Source: a virus
Taxonomy: Duplodnaviria; Caudoviricetes
Length of the DNA stretch: 64,000 bases
Virus record (IMG/VR): IMGVR_UViG_2654587994_000003
Coordinates: 32,001-96,000 of that record
Direction: 5' to 3' (one strand)
This document shows, one piece after another, positions 36,822 through 46,835 of this stretch; the first letter of the stretch is position 1, and every line of letters begins with the position of its first letter. The translations under genes and the position numbers were made by a program. The notes under the pieces are model-generated. The model ran no database searches. It was not told the origin of the DNA and was given only the letters and a program-made list of their open reading frames with translations.

Positions 36822-37532
36822 ATGCATAAGCAATACCACCTTGAAAACTCCACCTATCCCGACACTCACCGCATCTACGAAGAGCGGCTATCCATCGCTG
36901 GTATTCACCATTATCGGAAGGATGCCATTTCGTTTTGCAGATCCAGAGAGAAAGCCATCTATTTCGATCTGGATGCGGCCAATCCTTACGATAGGAACGC
37001 AATCAGAATCATGGGCCGATGGAAAGGTCTGTGGGGTACGAAGGTTAAAATACTGGGATACGTAGACGCAGACACAGCTAGTAAGATAGCTGCATTGGGT
37101 ATTCAAAACGATATTCTTCCACGACTACTCAAGACATATGTCGGCGAAGACGACTACGTCGAGATTATGTACCAAATCGTCGGCCCCAAAGATGGGTACG
37201 CAGAATACTCCCCGCCACGGATAACACCAGTATCGACGGCCAAGAAACTCATGGAGGCTGGAAACGATGTTGAAGCTGTAAAAGCGCTGCTCGCCGACAT
37301 TGACAAGGAAGAGATTGAGGCGAAAAAATCGGGCGGTGGTGTAGCGGCCAGATCATACAAAGCGCTTGCGGACTTTTACAAAAAGCAAAAAAGCTACGAT
37401 GAAGAATACGCTATCCTTGAGCGGTTTGTGTCGCAGAGGCGCGCAAGGGGTGTAAACCAAGATAAGTTGGCCGAGCGATTTTTGAAGGCCCGCGAATCGC
37501 GAGATAAACGAAACGCTTCGAAAACTCCGTAA
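36822..37532 (+). CDS. HIRAN-like domain protein (moron)
   Basis: IAGI.HY...A, NPYD.NAI.I.G...LGYV HIRAN pattern; helical C-terminus. Confidence 0.65.
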   Translation: MHKQYHLENSTYPDTHRIYEERLSIAGIHHYRKDAISFCRSREKAIYFDLDAANPYDRNAIRIMGRWKGLWGTKVKILGYVDADTASKIAALGIQNDILPRLLKTYVGEDDYVEIMYQIVGPKDGYAEYSPPRITPVSTAKKLMEAGNDVEAVKALLADIDKEEIEAKKSGGGVAARSYKALADFYKKQKSYDEEYAILERFVSQRRARGVNQDKLAERFLKARESRDKRNASKTP

Positions 37533-37614
37533 CTTGCTTTTGAAAGCAAGTTTCCAGACGCCTTCGAAGAGAGTTCGTCGCCGCCACGGGTACAGCGGTC
37601 AAGCTGAAACCAGC

Positions 37615-37848
37615 CTAACCACCATACTTCTTGATCAACTCATCCATCTCTTCGTCAGACGGTGGCGCCACGGACTTTTTGGCTCCGTTCGCTTCGGCCT
37701 TCCCCTTCACCGCAAGGGTGAACTCGGTCAAGCTTGACGACCAGAATATTACTGGGGGCCAGCCGAGGCCGCCGAATGCGATCTTTTGCCAATCGCGCCA
37801 AGGGAAAGGTTCTTCTATGCCGCCTTTAGAGCGGCTTCCCCGTTTCCC
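37615..37848 (-). CDS. Tail assembly chaperone -1 frameshift extension (gpGT-like)
   Basis: The -1 frame from slippery G GGA AAC reads ...FPWRDWQKIAFGGLGWPP..FWSSSLTEF...YGG*. Confidence 0.8.
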   Translation of the reverse strand, partial: GKRGSRSKGGIEEPFPWRDWQKIAFGGLGWPPVIFWSSSLTEFTLAVKGKAEANGAKKSVAPPSDEEMDELIKKYGG

Positions 37849-38174
37849 TCGTCGTCCTCATCAAAATGATGAGACAGCGCCTCGGAAATCGCCTTGGCAA
37901 CGGCGCCGAAGTGCTTCAGCTTCAGCGCACCAATTGCCGCGACTTTGTCGCCGCGCACGGTAAGCAGGTCGAGTGCGGCCACAGTAGCGGCCGGCTCGAC
38001 GCCTGAAAGGCGAAGAAACAGATCAGACATGCTCTTGCAGGAAAGGCGCGAAGACACAGCGGCAAGACCGCCCATCTCGGCAACGATAACCAGCGGCACC
38101 TTGCCAACGAACAGGCCGACTTCGCCCCGCGCACCATTCACTTCAAGCGGGAACGGCTTTTCAGCATCAGCCAA
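37815..38174 (-). CDS. Tail assembly chaperone (gpG-like)
   Basis: Between tail tube and tape measure; N.ARGEV.L motif; TTG start with SD GGAGG. Confidence 0.8.
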   Translation of the reverse strand: MADAEKPFPLEVNGARGEVGLFVGKVPLVIVAEMGGLAAVSSRLSCKSMSDLFLRLSGVEPAATVAALDLLTVRGDKVAAIGALKLKHFGAVAKAISEALSHHFDEDDEGNGEAALKAA

Positions 38175-38175
38175 A

Positions 38176-38607
38176 TTACACCTCCGCAACGAACGTCAGA
38201 ACGCCGGCAGCAACGAACGTGGCCGTGAATTCCATGTTGCCCTCCATCTCGCCGCTGAACTCGAATTCAGAAACGAACCAAGGGCCGGTGTAAGTACCCA
38301 GGCCAGGAACGATCACCTTGGCATTGAATTTGGTAGCATCATTGACGTGCGTCATGAACGCGGTGTTCGAAGCGCTCTTAACGAACTTGCCGGAGCCAGA
38401 GAACGTGCGGTTCTTGATGCCCGGCTCTGCTGTTTTCTGTGGCGTATTCTCTGGATTGACGCAGTCCGTGATGGTCGTGTCGACCTCATTGGCGGACATA
38501 TTGAAACTGCGGGTCGTGAGACCGCACAGGTTCGAAAAGACTTCAGGAGTTTCGCCGTCACCGATCTGGATGAGCAGCGTACGACCAATCTGTTGACCGT
38601 CGGCCAT
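38176..38607 (-). CDS. Major tail tube protein
   Basis: GR.LLI.IGDG..PE.F..LCGL..RS, VD.T..DC, SGSG.F motifs. Confidence 0.9.
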   Translation of the reverse strand: MADGQQIGRTLLIQIGDGETPEVFSNLCGLTTRSFNMSANEVDTTITDCVNPENTPQKTAEPGIKNRTFSGSGKFVKSASNTAFMTHVNDATKFNAKVIVPGLGTYTGPWFVSEFEFSGEMEGNMEFTATFVAAGVLTFVAEV

Positions 38608-38641
38608 TTGTAAACCTCAAAAAGTAGGGGTTGGTGGCCAA

Positions 38642-39052
38642 TCAGGCCGGTGTCTCGACGCGCGCGACAAACTCGACGACACCGTGGGTCGTGACTTCGT
38701 CCGGGTCTTTGAAATGACGGGTGTCTTGCCGCGTGATCGATATCAATCGATGTGAGGGCAGCACTAATGGCGCTTCATCCAGAGCCTCGACGACCTCGTG
38801 AATGAGTTCCTTCAGCTCCTTGAAGCCTCCGGAGTATTGCGACCAAACGTGAATCGTCACGTAGATGAGGTTCGACTTTAAACAGCCGACATCATCCCTG
38901 ATGACTTGGCTTTCGCCGTACTCGACGTACGGAAACGGTGCGTTGGTCGGCGGTCTGTCATAAATTCTTTGGGCCACCTTCGCCGTCAGACCTGCTCGCG
39001 CCTTTAGCCTCGCAACGATGGCACCCTGGAGTTCGAGATCGGGGTTAACCAT
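38642..39052 (-). CDS. Tail terminator (DUF3168)
   Basis: LQ.AI..RL, RIYD.PP....PYV..G, HVWS, DPD..T.HGV motifs. Confidence 0.88.
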   Translation of the reverse strand: MVNPDLELQGAIVARLKARAGLTAKVAQRIYDRPPTNAPFPYVEYGESQVIRDDVGCLKSNLIYVTIHVWSQYSGGFKELKELIHEVVEALDEAPLVLPSHRLISITRQDTRHFKDPDEVTTHGVVEFVARVETPA

Positions 39053-39546
39053 TATTTTTTCATGGCCTCCCTCACGCCTCGCCAGACGGCGTCGTTGATG
39101 CGTTTCTTCGCTTTGGCCCTAAATGCTCGCCACGTTGGAAAAATATGCGGTTGCGCCCGCGTGCCAGGGTGCATCTTTGCGCCGGCCGCCTGCTTCTTGC
39201 CGGCAACCGTACCGCCACCCTTCGCAACGTTATGCGGCCGCGTGCCGAACTCCAAAAAATGCCAAATCCACGCAGCGAAAACGCCAGTCGCATCAGGATC
39301 CTTGCTGGCAGATGCACCGACAAGCGCTTTCGCAGACGGTCTGTCAGAGATCTTGGCGCCCTGTATGGAGGCAGCGTAGTCGCCAGCCGTTGCGCTGTTG
39401 CTTATCGGCGCTCGGTCGGAGATTTTATCGGCGGCTTCGGTAGCGATCTGTAGCTTCGCTTCGGCGGCATACTTGTTGGCGAGAGGAGCGACCTGATTCA
39501 GCTTCTTCGTCAGCGCTTCGCGGCCTAAGACTTTTGCCTTGATCAC
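39052..39546 (-). CDS. HK97 gp10-like tail completion protein
   Basis: HFLEFGT...HPGT.AQP..FP motif. Confidence 0.85.
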   Translation of the reverse strand: MIKAKVLGREALTKKLNQVAPLANKYAAEAKLQIATEAADKISDRAPISNSATAGDYAASIQGAKISDRPSAKALVGASASKDPDATGVFAAWIWHFLEFGTRPHNVAKGGGTVAGKKQAAGAKMHPGTRAQPHIFPTWRAFRAKAKKRINDAVWRGVREAMKK

Positions 39547-39899
39547 GACGCCTCCCCGTGTACCACAAACAGCTCGATCCACTGGTTGCGTTCGTCGATG
39601 TTGACCGCAGCCTTGATCGCATAGAGCACACCGGTGCGCTTGTTCCGCGCCCGCCAAGCTGGCGTGATGATGCGCGTGCGCTCGTTGCTGCGGACAGTCA
39701 TGGTGTAGGGCTGCAAACCTTGAAGGCGGCTGGCAATTACCGTCTCGCTGCCGACGCGCGGTTCAAGGCGGGCTGGCTCCACGAATTGCTCAGCAAAGCC
39801 GACCACTACACCGCCATACCCATCATCGCCCTCACCCTCGGCCTCAAAGCCGATGCGTTCACCCAGCGAGCCTGCGCCCGCCCTCCTGCGTTTTGGCAT
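39543..39899 (-). CDS. Head closure / head-tail joining protein
   Basis: AG.L.ERI.F....DDGYGG pattern. Confidence 0.85.
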   Translation of the reverse strand: MPKRRRAGAGSLGERIGFEAEGEGDDGYGGVVVGFAEQFVEPARLEPRVGSETVIASRLQGLQPYTMTVRSNERTRIITPAWRARNKRTGVLYAIKAAVNIDERNQWIELFVVHGEAS

Positions 39900-40050
39900 T
39901 CGGTCGATCCTTGGTGGGTTCGGCAGCCTCGGCCGCTATTGCAGCCGCGGCGCACTTGCGCGTGACGTTGTAAAGACCGATCGAATAGGCAATCGTGAAA
40001 CCCGGCTGGCGCCAGTCGAACGGTTCATGGAAGCGGAGCCACATAGTCAT
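39859..40050 (-). CDS. Small hypothetical neck-module protein
   Basis: Overlapping operon member. Confidence 0.55.
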   Translation of the reverse strand: MTMWLRFHEPFDWRQPGFTIAYSIGLYNVTRKCAAAAIAAEAAEPTKDRPNAKTQEGGRRLAG

Positions 40051-40372
40051 CCGCCACTGTTCGCCAGACACGCCACGGAGCCAGAAGCATCCGTACCGCT
40101 CGCGGAAGAACTGCGTCGCCCGTTGCCTTTGGGTCAGGCTCTCGCACCTCGTAGAGATCGCCGGTCACGAGAAGGATCGCCGACACGATCGCGGGCGTTG
40201 CTGCAATGCCGTCGGTGACCGTGGGCGTTTCGCCTACGGCTACAACTTCGCGATCAAGATGCTGCGTAACGATGCTTTCTGCAGCATCACGGTAAAGGCC
40301 GATCTCCGCGTCTTCATCATCATGAAAGACACGTAGATGCTTCTTTACGGTTTCGAGATCGACGATTGGCAT
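40025..40372 (-). CDS. Head-tail connector (gp6-like)
   Basis: L..VK.HLRV..D.ED..I..Y..AA, AILL..GDLYE.RE motifs. Confidence 0.9.
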   Translation of the reverse strand: MPIVDLETVKKHLRVFHDDEDAEIGLYRDAAESIVTQHLDREVVAVGETPTVTDGIAATPAIVSAILLVTGDLYEVREPDPKATGDAVLPRAVRMLLAPWRVWRTVADDYVAPLP

Positions 40373-40373
40373 A

Positions 40374-40715
40374 TCAGGCCGCCACTACTGCGGCAGTAGG
40401 CGCGCTTGTGACGGGCACGCTGCCCTTGTCATTGGTGGCTGTGACGCGAACCGTGATGGCCTTACCAACGTCGCCGGCGACCGGCACATATGTAGCCGCA
40501 GTGGCGCCAGAAATCGCGACGCCAGCAGCAAACCACTGCCGCGCGTAAGTCGGCGAGCCGGACCATGTGCCGGTTGTCGACGTCAGCGTCTGGCCAACCT
40601 GTGCGGTGCCTGTGATGGCAGGTGCAACAGAATTCACCGGTGAGCCGATACCGTTGACGATACCAGCGCCGATATAGGATGCTACCCTGCGCTTACGAAC
40701 CTTCGTTGACAGCAT
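40374..40715 (-). CDS. Ig-like domain protein (possible virion decoration)
   Basis: P.N..AP.ITGTAQVGQTLT...GTW...QW...G.AI.GAT..TY....DVGK.ITV.VTA.N. Confidence 0.75.
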   Translation of the reverse strand: MLSTKVRKRRVASYIGAGIVNGIGSPVNSVAPAITGTAQVGQTLTSTTGTWSGSPTYARQWFAAGVAISGATAATYVPVAGDVGKAITVRVTATNDKGSVPVTSAPTAAVVAA

Positions 40716-40953
40716 CGGGTTTGTCCTTCTTCTTCGTCGAGCGAGCAGAGGAGATCACAGGCTTGTCAGCGGCTTCATCCGTGGCGTCGTCTTCAACGGC
40801 GGCCTGCGCCTCGCCCACGATGTCGACAAGACCCTGCGCCTCGAGCTGCTTCGCCTCGCCTGCCTCGACCTTGAACGGATCGCTCTTTTTGGTTTTCAGT
40901 TCTTTGCCCACCGCAAACGTGCGCTTGGCCTTCACTTCCAGAAAATCGGTCAT
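40693..40953 (-). CDS. Hypothetical protein after capsid gene
   Basis: SD GGGAG; F.V...EA.QL...GLV pattern. Confidence 0.7.
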   Translation of the reverse strand: MTDFLEVKAKRTFAVGKELKTKKSDPFKVEAGEAKQLEAQGLVDIVGEAQAAVEDDATDEAADKPVISSARSTKKKDKPDAVNEGS

Positions 40954-40968
40954 GTTCACTCCCTTTCA

Positions 40969-40991
40969 AGAAAGGGGAGCCGAAGCTCCCC
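40969..40991 (-). terminator. Terminator after major capsid gene
   Basis: Minus strand GGGGAGC-TTCG-GCTCCCC-TTTCT. Confidence 0.75.
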
Positions 40992-41000
40992 ATAGGTCAA

Positions 41001-42209
41001 TCAGGCGCCTTCAACGTCGCCGGTCACGAAGGACTCAGGGCGATAGACTGCGAACGCCAGGCGCTCTTCGGCGCGGATGGTGAACATGTTCTTCTCGAAG
41101 TCGTCGACGTTCTCGCTGGAAAGCAGAACCTCGATTTCCATGCGGTCGAAGATCTGGGCTGCGAAGCTGAACGCACCGGTGAGGAACTCACCTGCGGCCA
41201 TGGCCTGCGTCGAAACGACCGGCAGGTTCCAGAGCGTCGGAGTGAGCGAGCCCTGCGGATTGCCGATGATGTAGTTGCCGCCGGCATCCTTGGTCAGTTC
41301 GATCTTCGCCCAGTCGATGGGGTTAAGCACGAACGCAGTTGCCGGATACTCGGCGAGAACGACCTGCAGAACAGCCAGACGGAGACGGTCAATGCCCGTT
41401 TCGTCAGCGGCAGCGAACGCCGGGTTGAACGCGGTAGCCTGCGGAACCAGGCCGTGGATGTTCTGGCCGGTGCCAGAGCCATTCAGCAGCTGATTTTCTT
41501 CGGCGAAGCGCAGACCGTAACGAGCGCGGCCGTCGATGTAGGAGCGAAGCGCGGGCGCGTCATCCAGGATCTGGCGAGAGGCCTTGAACAGGTGCGCGAT
41601 CGTGCGAACCGGCGCGGACGTCATGTCGAACGTCAGATCCGAATAAGGCTTTGCAGTCGTTTCAGCGACCGGCGCAGCATTGTTCGTGTAGCCCGTTTCC
41701 TTGACGTACTCGATCGAGCTCGAAGCAGTCTGACCCGGCAGAACGAGATCGCGGATCGTCAGCTGGCGCTCAGGCAGGCCGAAGATGCCGGGAACACGCG
41801 CGCCGGGGACCAGAGACGTACCCTGAGAGCGGCCGGCGCCGACAGTGGTATTGGCAGAGGTGATTGCAGCACGATCAGCCTTCACGCGGATAGAGCCGCG
41901 AGATGCACCGGTGAGCATACCGGCCTTGAACTCGGCAGAATCGATGACGAGGTCACCGAGCGACTTCTGCTCGTTTTCGCCGATTTCGTTTTCTCGAGCG
42001 GCGCGCTTCTCAAGGTCACCGAGGCGGGTCGTAACGTCGCCGAGTTCGGAAAGTGCCTTGTCGGTCTTTTCCTTCAGCTCAGCGGAAACTTCGCCGTTGG
42101 CGGCAAGCTTCGTGGTAAAGTCGGTTGCGAGATTGCCCACCTGCTCCTTGATGGACGCAAGCGAAGTACCGAGCTCGCCGATCTTATCGGCAAGTTGATT
42201 ATCAGCCAT
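41001..42209 (-). CDS. Major capsid protein (HK97 fold)
   Basis: Coiled-coil delta domain, A.VAE...KP.S...F, E.QLLNG.G, F.KN..TIRAEER motifs. Confidence 0.95.
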   Translation of the reverse strand: MADNQLADKIGELGTSLASIKEQVGNLATDFTTKLAANGEVSAELKEKTDKALSELGDVTTRLGDLEKRAARENEIGENEQKSLGDLVIDSAEFKAGMLTGASRGSIRVKADRAAITSANTTVGAGRSQGTSLVPGARVPGIFGLPERQLTIRDLVLPGQTASSSIEYVKETGYTNNAAPVAETTAKPYSDLTFDMTSAPVRTIAHLFKASRQILDDAPALRSYIDGRARYGLRFAEENQLLNGSGTGQNIHGLVPQATAFNPAFAAADETGIDRLRLAVLQVVLAEYPATAFVLNPIDWAKIELTKDAGGNYIIGNPQGSLTPTLWNLPVVSTQAMAAGEFLTGAFSFAAQIFDRMEIEVLLSSENVDDFEKNMFTIRAEERLAFAVYRPESFVTGDVEGA

Positions 42210-42220
42210 GAGTGGCTCCT

Positions 42221-43339
42221 TTATCGAATGAGTGGTGATTTTGCTTCGGCGATTAGCCGGTCGATGGCTGCCAAAGCAGCAGCATCCGCATCGACGTCAG
42301 GAGCCCCCTGACCATCCTTGAGGTAGAGCCGAGCGGCCCGCTCTGCCTCAGAGCCCGACAACCCCATCAGTCCCCTGATGCCGTTTTCGAACTCGCGTTT
42401 GGTGATTTGCTCGCCGGCCGTCATCTTCGCGACCAGCGTTTGTGCGGCATCCGCCTTTGCGGCGTTCGCGGCCTTGATGCGCTTTACCGGCGCAGGCTCG
42501 ACGTCGGCGCCGTAGCGGGCCAAGGTCTCGTCAAGCGTCGCAATGCGGTCGACCATACCGCGGTCCATCAACGCTTCCGCGTAGAAAACTCGGCCTTGGC
42601 CATAATTATCTTCGACCTTGCTGACAGTCACGCCTCGCCCTTCGGCGACGGCTGCGACGAAGCGATTGTATGACCGGTTAATACCGTCCTGCACATGCGC
42701 CAGCGCTTCCTTGCCGAGCGGTTCGGTCTCGTTGCCTTCGACCTTGTGCTTGCCAGCAGAAATGTACGTGCGTTTGATTCCGCGCTGCTCAAGGGCAGCA
42801 GAAAGATCGTCGTGTGCAGTGTAAACGCCGATCGAGCCGGCGCGGCCGGAAGGCGTGACGACAATTTCGTCGGCCGACGCCGCAATCCAGAACGCCGCAC
42901 TTGCAGCCAGGCTATTGACCTGCGCGATGATCGGCTTATCGCCACCGCGAAGCTTGCGAATTTCGGTTGCGAGCTCGTCGGTGCCTGGGACCGTCCCGCC
43001 GGGGCTGTCGATGTCGAGCACGACAGCCTTGATATCCTCGTTCGAAAGCGCTTTGTGCAGCGCTCTCTTGATGCCGGCATAGGAAGTGCCGCCGCTCATC
43101 GCGGAAAACAGGTCCATTTTATCGGCCAGAACCCCGTAAACCGGGATTACGGCGACGCTGCCGCTGGTTTCAGCAATTTCCTTGGCGCGCGCGTCGTCGA
43201 TTGATGCCGCGAACTCGGACGAAAACAGCTTCTCACCTTCGGCCCGCGCCACCAAAACATCAGCCAAAACGCCCAGTTTTTCGCGCTGAATAGCCCAAGG
43301 TTCGGCCAGAAAGGCCGAAATCAGGTGTTCAAACTTCAT
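42221..43339 (-). CDS. Prohead protease, peptidase S49 (SppA-like)
   Basis: LDIDSPGG, AASAA.WIA..AD, GSIGV, AGKHK motifs. Confidence 0.92.
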   Translation of the reverse strand: MKFEHLISAFLAEPWAIQREKLGVLADVLVARAEGEKLFSSEFAASIDDARAKEIAETSGSVAVIPVYGVLADKMDLFSAMSGGTSYAGIKRALHKALSNEDIKAVVLDIDSPGGTVPGTDELATEIRKLRGGDKPIIAQVNSLAASAAFWIAASADEIVVTPSGRAGSIGVYTAHDDLSAALEQRGIKRTYISAGKHKVEGNETEPLGKEALAHVQDGINRSYNRFVAAVAEGRGVTVSKVEDNYGQGRVFYAEALMDRGMVDRIATLDETLARYGADVEPAPVKRIKAANAAKADAAQTLVAKMTAGEQITKREFENGIRGLMGLSGSEAERAARLYLKDGQGAPDVDADAAALAAIDRLIAEAKSPLIR

Positions 43340-43348
43340 GATTTTCCC

Positions 43349-44578
43349 TTATGCAGCGCGCGCTGCTGGCGTTGGCGCCGGAGTTTCTGTCTTGCCGAGC
43401 GTATCGAGGCGCGTCATCGTGCCATTCACGATGGCTTTGTTGCCGCCGTCGACTGGCGCCTTGTCTTCGTAAGATCGAGCCTCATCGACGAGGTAGATGC
43501 CGTTCGTGACCATCTTCGACAGGAATTCTGCTCGCGCCGTGCTGTCGCCGCGCAAGAGCTCTTCCATGTTGAATTTCACCTTCGTGGTCTTCCTGGTCTT
43601 TGCGTCCAGCAGGTCACGATAGATTGCCGCCTCGATGCGCTTGAGCATCGGTCGCATGCAGGTCTTGGTGAATTGGAGGATCAGTTGCTCGATGCCGCTG
43701 CCCCAGGTGGTCGTGCCGTTGGCTGCGTGCCCGATCATAACTGGCGGCACGCCGAAGATGCGGCAGATCTGCTCGACGCTGTACTGCCTCGCCTCCAGGA
43801 ACTGAGCGTCCTTGGGGTTGATCGACATCGGATAGGGCTTGAAGCCAGCCTCCAATACCGTCACGCCGCCAGCCTTCTCGGCGCCCGCGAACTGCGTCAG
43901 TGTGTCGGCGATCTGTTTGCGTTGCTCAGGCTTTAGGATCTGATCCGAGCTGACAATGAGAGACGAAAGCAGGCCGTTCTTGAACATCCGGCCAGCGACC
44001 TTTTCGCCTGCCAATGCACTCCCGACCGTATTGCGCACAACCGCGATCGGCGACATGCCACGATCACAGCCCGGCAGTCGGACGCCGCGGACATGAAACA
44101 TCTTGCCTTCGGGCACACGGCGCTTTTTGCCGTCTTCCGTCACCTCGTAGTGGCGCGTATTGCGACCGTCTTTCGACCGGCACACATCAACGCTAAGAGG
44201 GTGAAGTGGGTTGAGCGCAACGAGGCGCTCGCCGTTCATCTTCTTTTCCGCGAAGAAGTTGCCATCTAGCAGCAAGCACATCGCTGCCATCGACCAGAAC
44301 TCTGGCGCCGTGTCGTCCATGTTCGGCATGTCGTGCAGAAGCTCGTAAAGCGGAGCGTTCTTATCGACCGTCACGCCGTCCTCGCCGTAAACGATGCAGG
44401 GAAGCGTGCCGGCCGCGTTCTGCACGAGGTTGACGCACGCCCAAACCGCATCAAGCGACAGGGAACTCTCAATTGTGACTGTCTCCCCGGACGTGGTGCC
44501 GAGGCCAAAGAAGCCTCGCCAGAACTCGCCGTCGGTGAGCTTGATAGGCCTTCCGACCCATCTCTCAAAAAAGCCCAT
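43349..44578 (-). CDS. Portal protein (HK97 family)
   Basis: AVWACV, H..PN, LL.GN, G.SPI, DAQFLE.R...VE.ICR.FGVPP, LLRGD motifs. Confidence 0.95.
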   Translation of the reverse strand: MGFFERWVGRPIKLTDGEFWRGFFGLGTTSGETVTIESSLSLDAVWACVNLVQNAAGTLPCIVYGEDGVTVDKNAPLYELLHDMPNMDDTAPEFWSMAAMCLLLDGNFFAEKKMNGERLVALNPLHPLSVDVCRSKDGRNTRHYEVTEDGKKRRVPEGKMFHVRGVRLPGCDRGMSPIAVVRNTVGSALAGEKVAGRMFKNGLLSSLIVSSDQILKPEQRKQIADTLTQFAGAEKAGGVTVLEAGFKPYPMSINPKDAQFLEARQYSVEQICRIFGVPPVMIGHAANGTTTWGSGIEQLILQFTKTCMRPMLKRIEAAIYRDLLDAKTRKTTKVKFNMEELLRGDSTARAEFLSKMVTNGIYLVDEARSYEDKAPVDGGNKAIVNGTMTRLDTLGKTETPAPTPAARAA

Positions 44579-44602
44579 CAGGCCTCACCACTAGGTTGCC
44601 CG

Positions 44603-46246
44603 TCACCAGGTGACAGAGATGATATTGTTGACGAAGTCGTCGAGGTTGCCGCTATCGCCGCCCTCGTAGGTCCCGGCCATCGCCGTTGCCATTGCCAAGG
44701 CGACTGCGCCGTCGATGCGGCGTTCGCGATTGTGTTTGACGAGCTTTCGATTTCCAGCAGGATCCGCCTTGACGGTGGCATTCATCATGCACATCGTAAG
44801 CACCGGATGGTCCCCGTGGGCCAGATTGCCGTTCAGGATGATGCTCTCAAGCTCGCGAAGTGCCGGAGACATCGACTGGAAGCCCTGCCCGAAAGGCTGG
44901 AAAACAGCATCATCGCCCTCAAGCTGATCGTCCGTGAAGCCGACCTTCTGCAGCCATGGCTTCAGGTGCCTGAAATTCCATCGGTCGAAAGCGATCTTGC
45001 GGATATCCATCTCTTCGAACCGGTCGCGCAGGTAATGCGCAACAAACTCGTAGTCGACGGTTCTGCCTGGAGCGGCTTCGAGATGTCCATCCGTATGCCA
45101 GACATCGTAAGGCACGCGGTCGGCTTTTGCCTTGGCGCGTATCCCGTCGCCGGGCAGCCAGAACGTCGGCTTCACGTGCCAGATGGTTTTGCCTTCCTGC
45201 TCCTTCGGCGCCATGAGCACCAGAGCAGTCAGGTCGCTCACCTCAGAAAGGTCGAGCCCACCAAAGACAGGGAGACCATCAAAGTCCACAACTCGAGCGT
45301 TACACGCTCGCCAAATAGCCGGCGACACAAACGGAGCATTGGCATCGATCCTTTGGTTGAGATGGAGCCAGCGGAAGCTGGCCTCCTCAGTCGGCATTCG
45401 TGCCGCGCGCTCCGCGTCGTCTCGCACCGATGAAACGGACTTGAACTTACCAAGCGCAGGGTTCGCGGCCTTCCACGCTTCCTCGTCGAGGACGTCGCAA
45501 TCAGCCGGAGCCGTGTAGAGGTGCGAAACCGTTCTTGGTGCTTTCGACGTCTCGGCATCGTCCAGCCATCGCGAGAACAAGTCGCCGTCGGTTGCCGCCT
45601 GCGTCGAGATGGCGAAGATCATCGCCTTATCGCCGTAGGCGCCTTGCGACGTCACGATCGCTTCAACGAAGTCATCGTGCGGACCTTTGATCTGGCCGAC
45701 CTCATCGAGGATGGCGACCAGTGGCGAACCGCCGTGCGCGCTCTTGGCTTCCGCTGAGCTGGCGCGGTAAACGACGTTCTTGCGCAGACCGACAATCATC
45801 TTGCCGGACGGGACGATGCGATACAGCCCTTTCAGGCGCGGCGACATCATCAACATCTTGCTGGCGTAGTTGAAAACTTCCGCAGCCTGGTCGCGAGAAC
45901 GCGCGCCCGACATGATGCGGCTGTTTGGAAACGCCTCAGGGCCAATAACGTGGCCGAGCAAGAGGCAGGCGATAGTGGCCGTCTTGGAGTTCTTTCGCGC
46001 GATCGACAAATACGCTCGCGACGTGCCGTTCGGGTTGTCATAGACCGACAGGATGAAGGCCACCTGGAAGTCCAGCAGCCTGATCGGCTGCCCAACCAGC
46101 GCACCCTCTGGTACGACCAAATACTCTTCGATAAAGCGGCACATCTTCTCGCCGCGGGTGAGCTCCGACGTCGGCAGTCCGCGCCAGTCGCGCAGAACCG
46201 GGATCGGGCCGCACTTGATGGCGCCGACCACGGCCTCAGAAAGCAT
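44603..46246 (-). CDS. Terminase large subunit
   Basis: ARKNSKT Walker A, ILDE Walker B, GLDLS...DLTA, RIDG.VA nuclease motifs. Confidence 0.95.
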   Translation of the reverse strand: MLSEAVVGAIKCGPIPVLRDWRGLPTSELTRGEKMCRFIEEYLVVPEGALVGQPIRLLDFQVAFILSVYDNPNGTSRAYLSIARKNSKTATIACLLLGHVIGPEAFPNSRIMSGARSRDQAAEVFNYASKMLMMSPRLKGLYRIVPSGKMIVGLRKNVVYRASSAEAKSAHGGSPLVAILDEVGQIKGPHDDFVEAIVTSQGAYGDKAMIFAISTQAATDGDLFSRWLDDAETSKAPRTVSHLYTAPADCDVLDEEAWKAANPALGKFKSVSSVRDDAERAARMPTEEASFRWLHLNQRIDANAPFVSPAIWRACNARVVDFDGLPVFGGLDLSEVSDLTALVLMAPKEQEGKTIWHVKPTFWLPGDGIRAKAKADRVPYDVWHTDGHLEAAPGRTVDYEFVAHYLRDRFEEMDIRKIAFDRWNFRHLKPWLQKVGFTDDQLEGDDAVFQPFGQGFQSMSPALRELESIILNGNLAHGDHPVLTMCMMNATVKADPAGNRKLVKHNRERRIDGAVALAMATAMAGTYEGGDSGNLDDFVNNIISVTW

Positions 46247-46258
46247 TCACAACCTCGA

Positions 46259-46714
46259 TTAGGCTAGGAGTTCGTCATCCACGCTCGCGCCCGCCTCAAT
46301 CTCCTTGGCATGGTCGCGCCGCTTGGCTGCGTCCCTCGCCTCGCCCTGTACGGCGCGCGCATGCAGCGCCAGCGATCGGCGGAACGAAAGAATGGAAGAA
46401 GCATGCATCTGGACCACGGACTTGCGGGGGTTCGCGACCGGAGTGCCTTTTTCGGTGACGGCGACCGAACCCTCTGTGCGTAGCAGATCCTGCTCCCTCA
46501 CAAGGTCGGCCATCGTGCGAGCAAGCATCGCGGCAATCTCAAGCTGGTGCGCCGACCAATCGGCGCGGGCGTATTCAGCGATGACGTTCTTGAAAAACGG
46601 GACGTCACCGTCGTCGAGCGGCACGTTTTCGGGAAACTGGATCTCCTCAGATGCCGCAGAGGCAATCCTTATGGCCTCATCAACGCTGTCGACGCGGCTT
46701 TTCTTCTCAGACAT
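46259..46714 (-). CDS. Terminase small subunit
   Basis: L..EG.V....G.PV.NP pattern; directly upstream of TerL. Confidence 0.85.
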   Translation of the reverse strand: MSEKKSRVDSVDEAIRIASAASEEIQFPENVPLDDGDVPFFKNVIAEYARADWSAHQLEIAAMLARTMADLVREQDLLRTEGSVAVTEKGTPVANPRKSVVQMHASSILSFRRSLALHARAVQGEARDAAKRRDHAKEIEAGASVDDELLA

Positions 46715-46835
46715 GCGGAATCCCCTCGCGCACGCGCGCTTGCGCACGCGCTAGGCAAAAATCTGTGTTTGCATTTGCGTTGTGCTGCCCTCACGGTCCT
46801 GCGGTGGTCGGTCGGCCACTTTCGAGGCACCCCTA
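46715..46835. other. Probable cos region
   Basis: Non-coding gap between HNH and terS, the usual cos position in HK97-like phages; GCGCACGCGC direct repeat; exact cut site not determinable. Confidence 0.45.

Noticed and set aside
39901-39925. CACCAA-loop hairpin upstream of the head-closure gene (and CCACCAA near 38631)
   Set aside because: Stems are weak or interrupted and the 39901 copy lies in coding sequence; not counted in the hairpin family.
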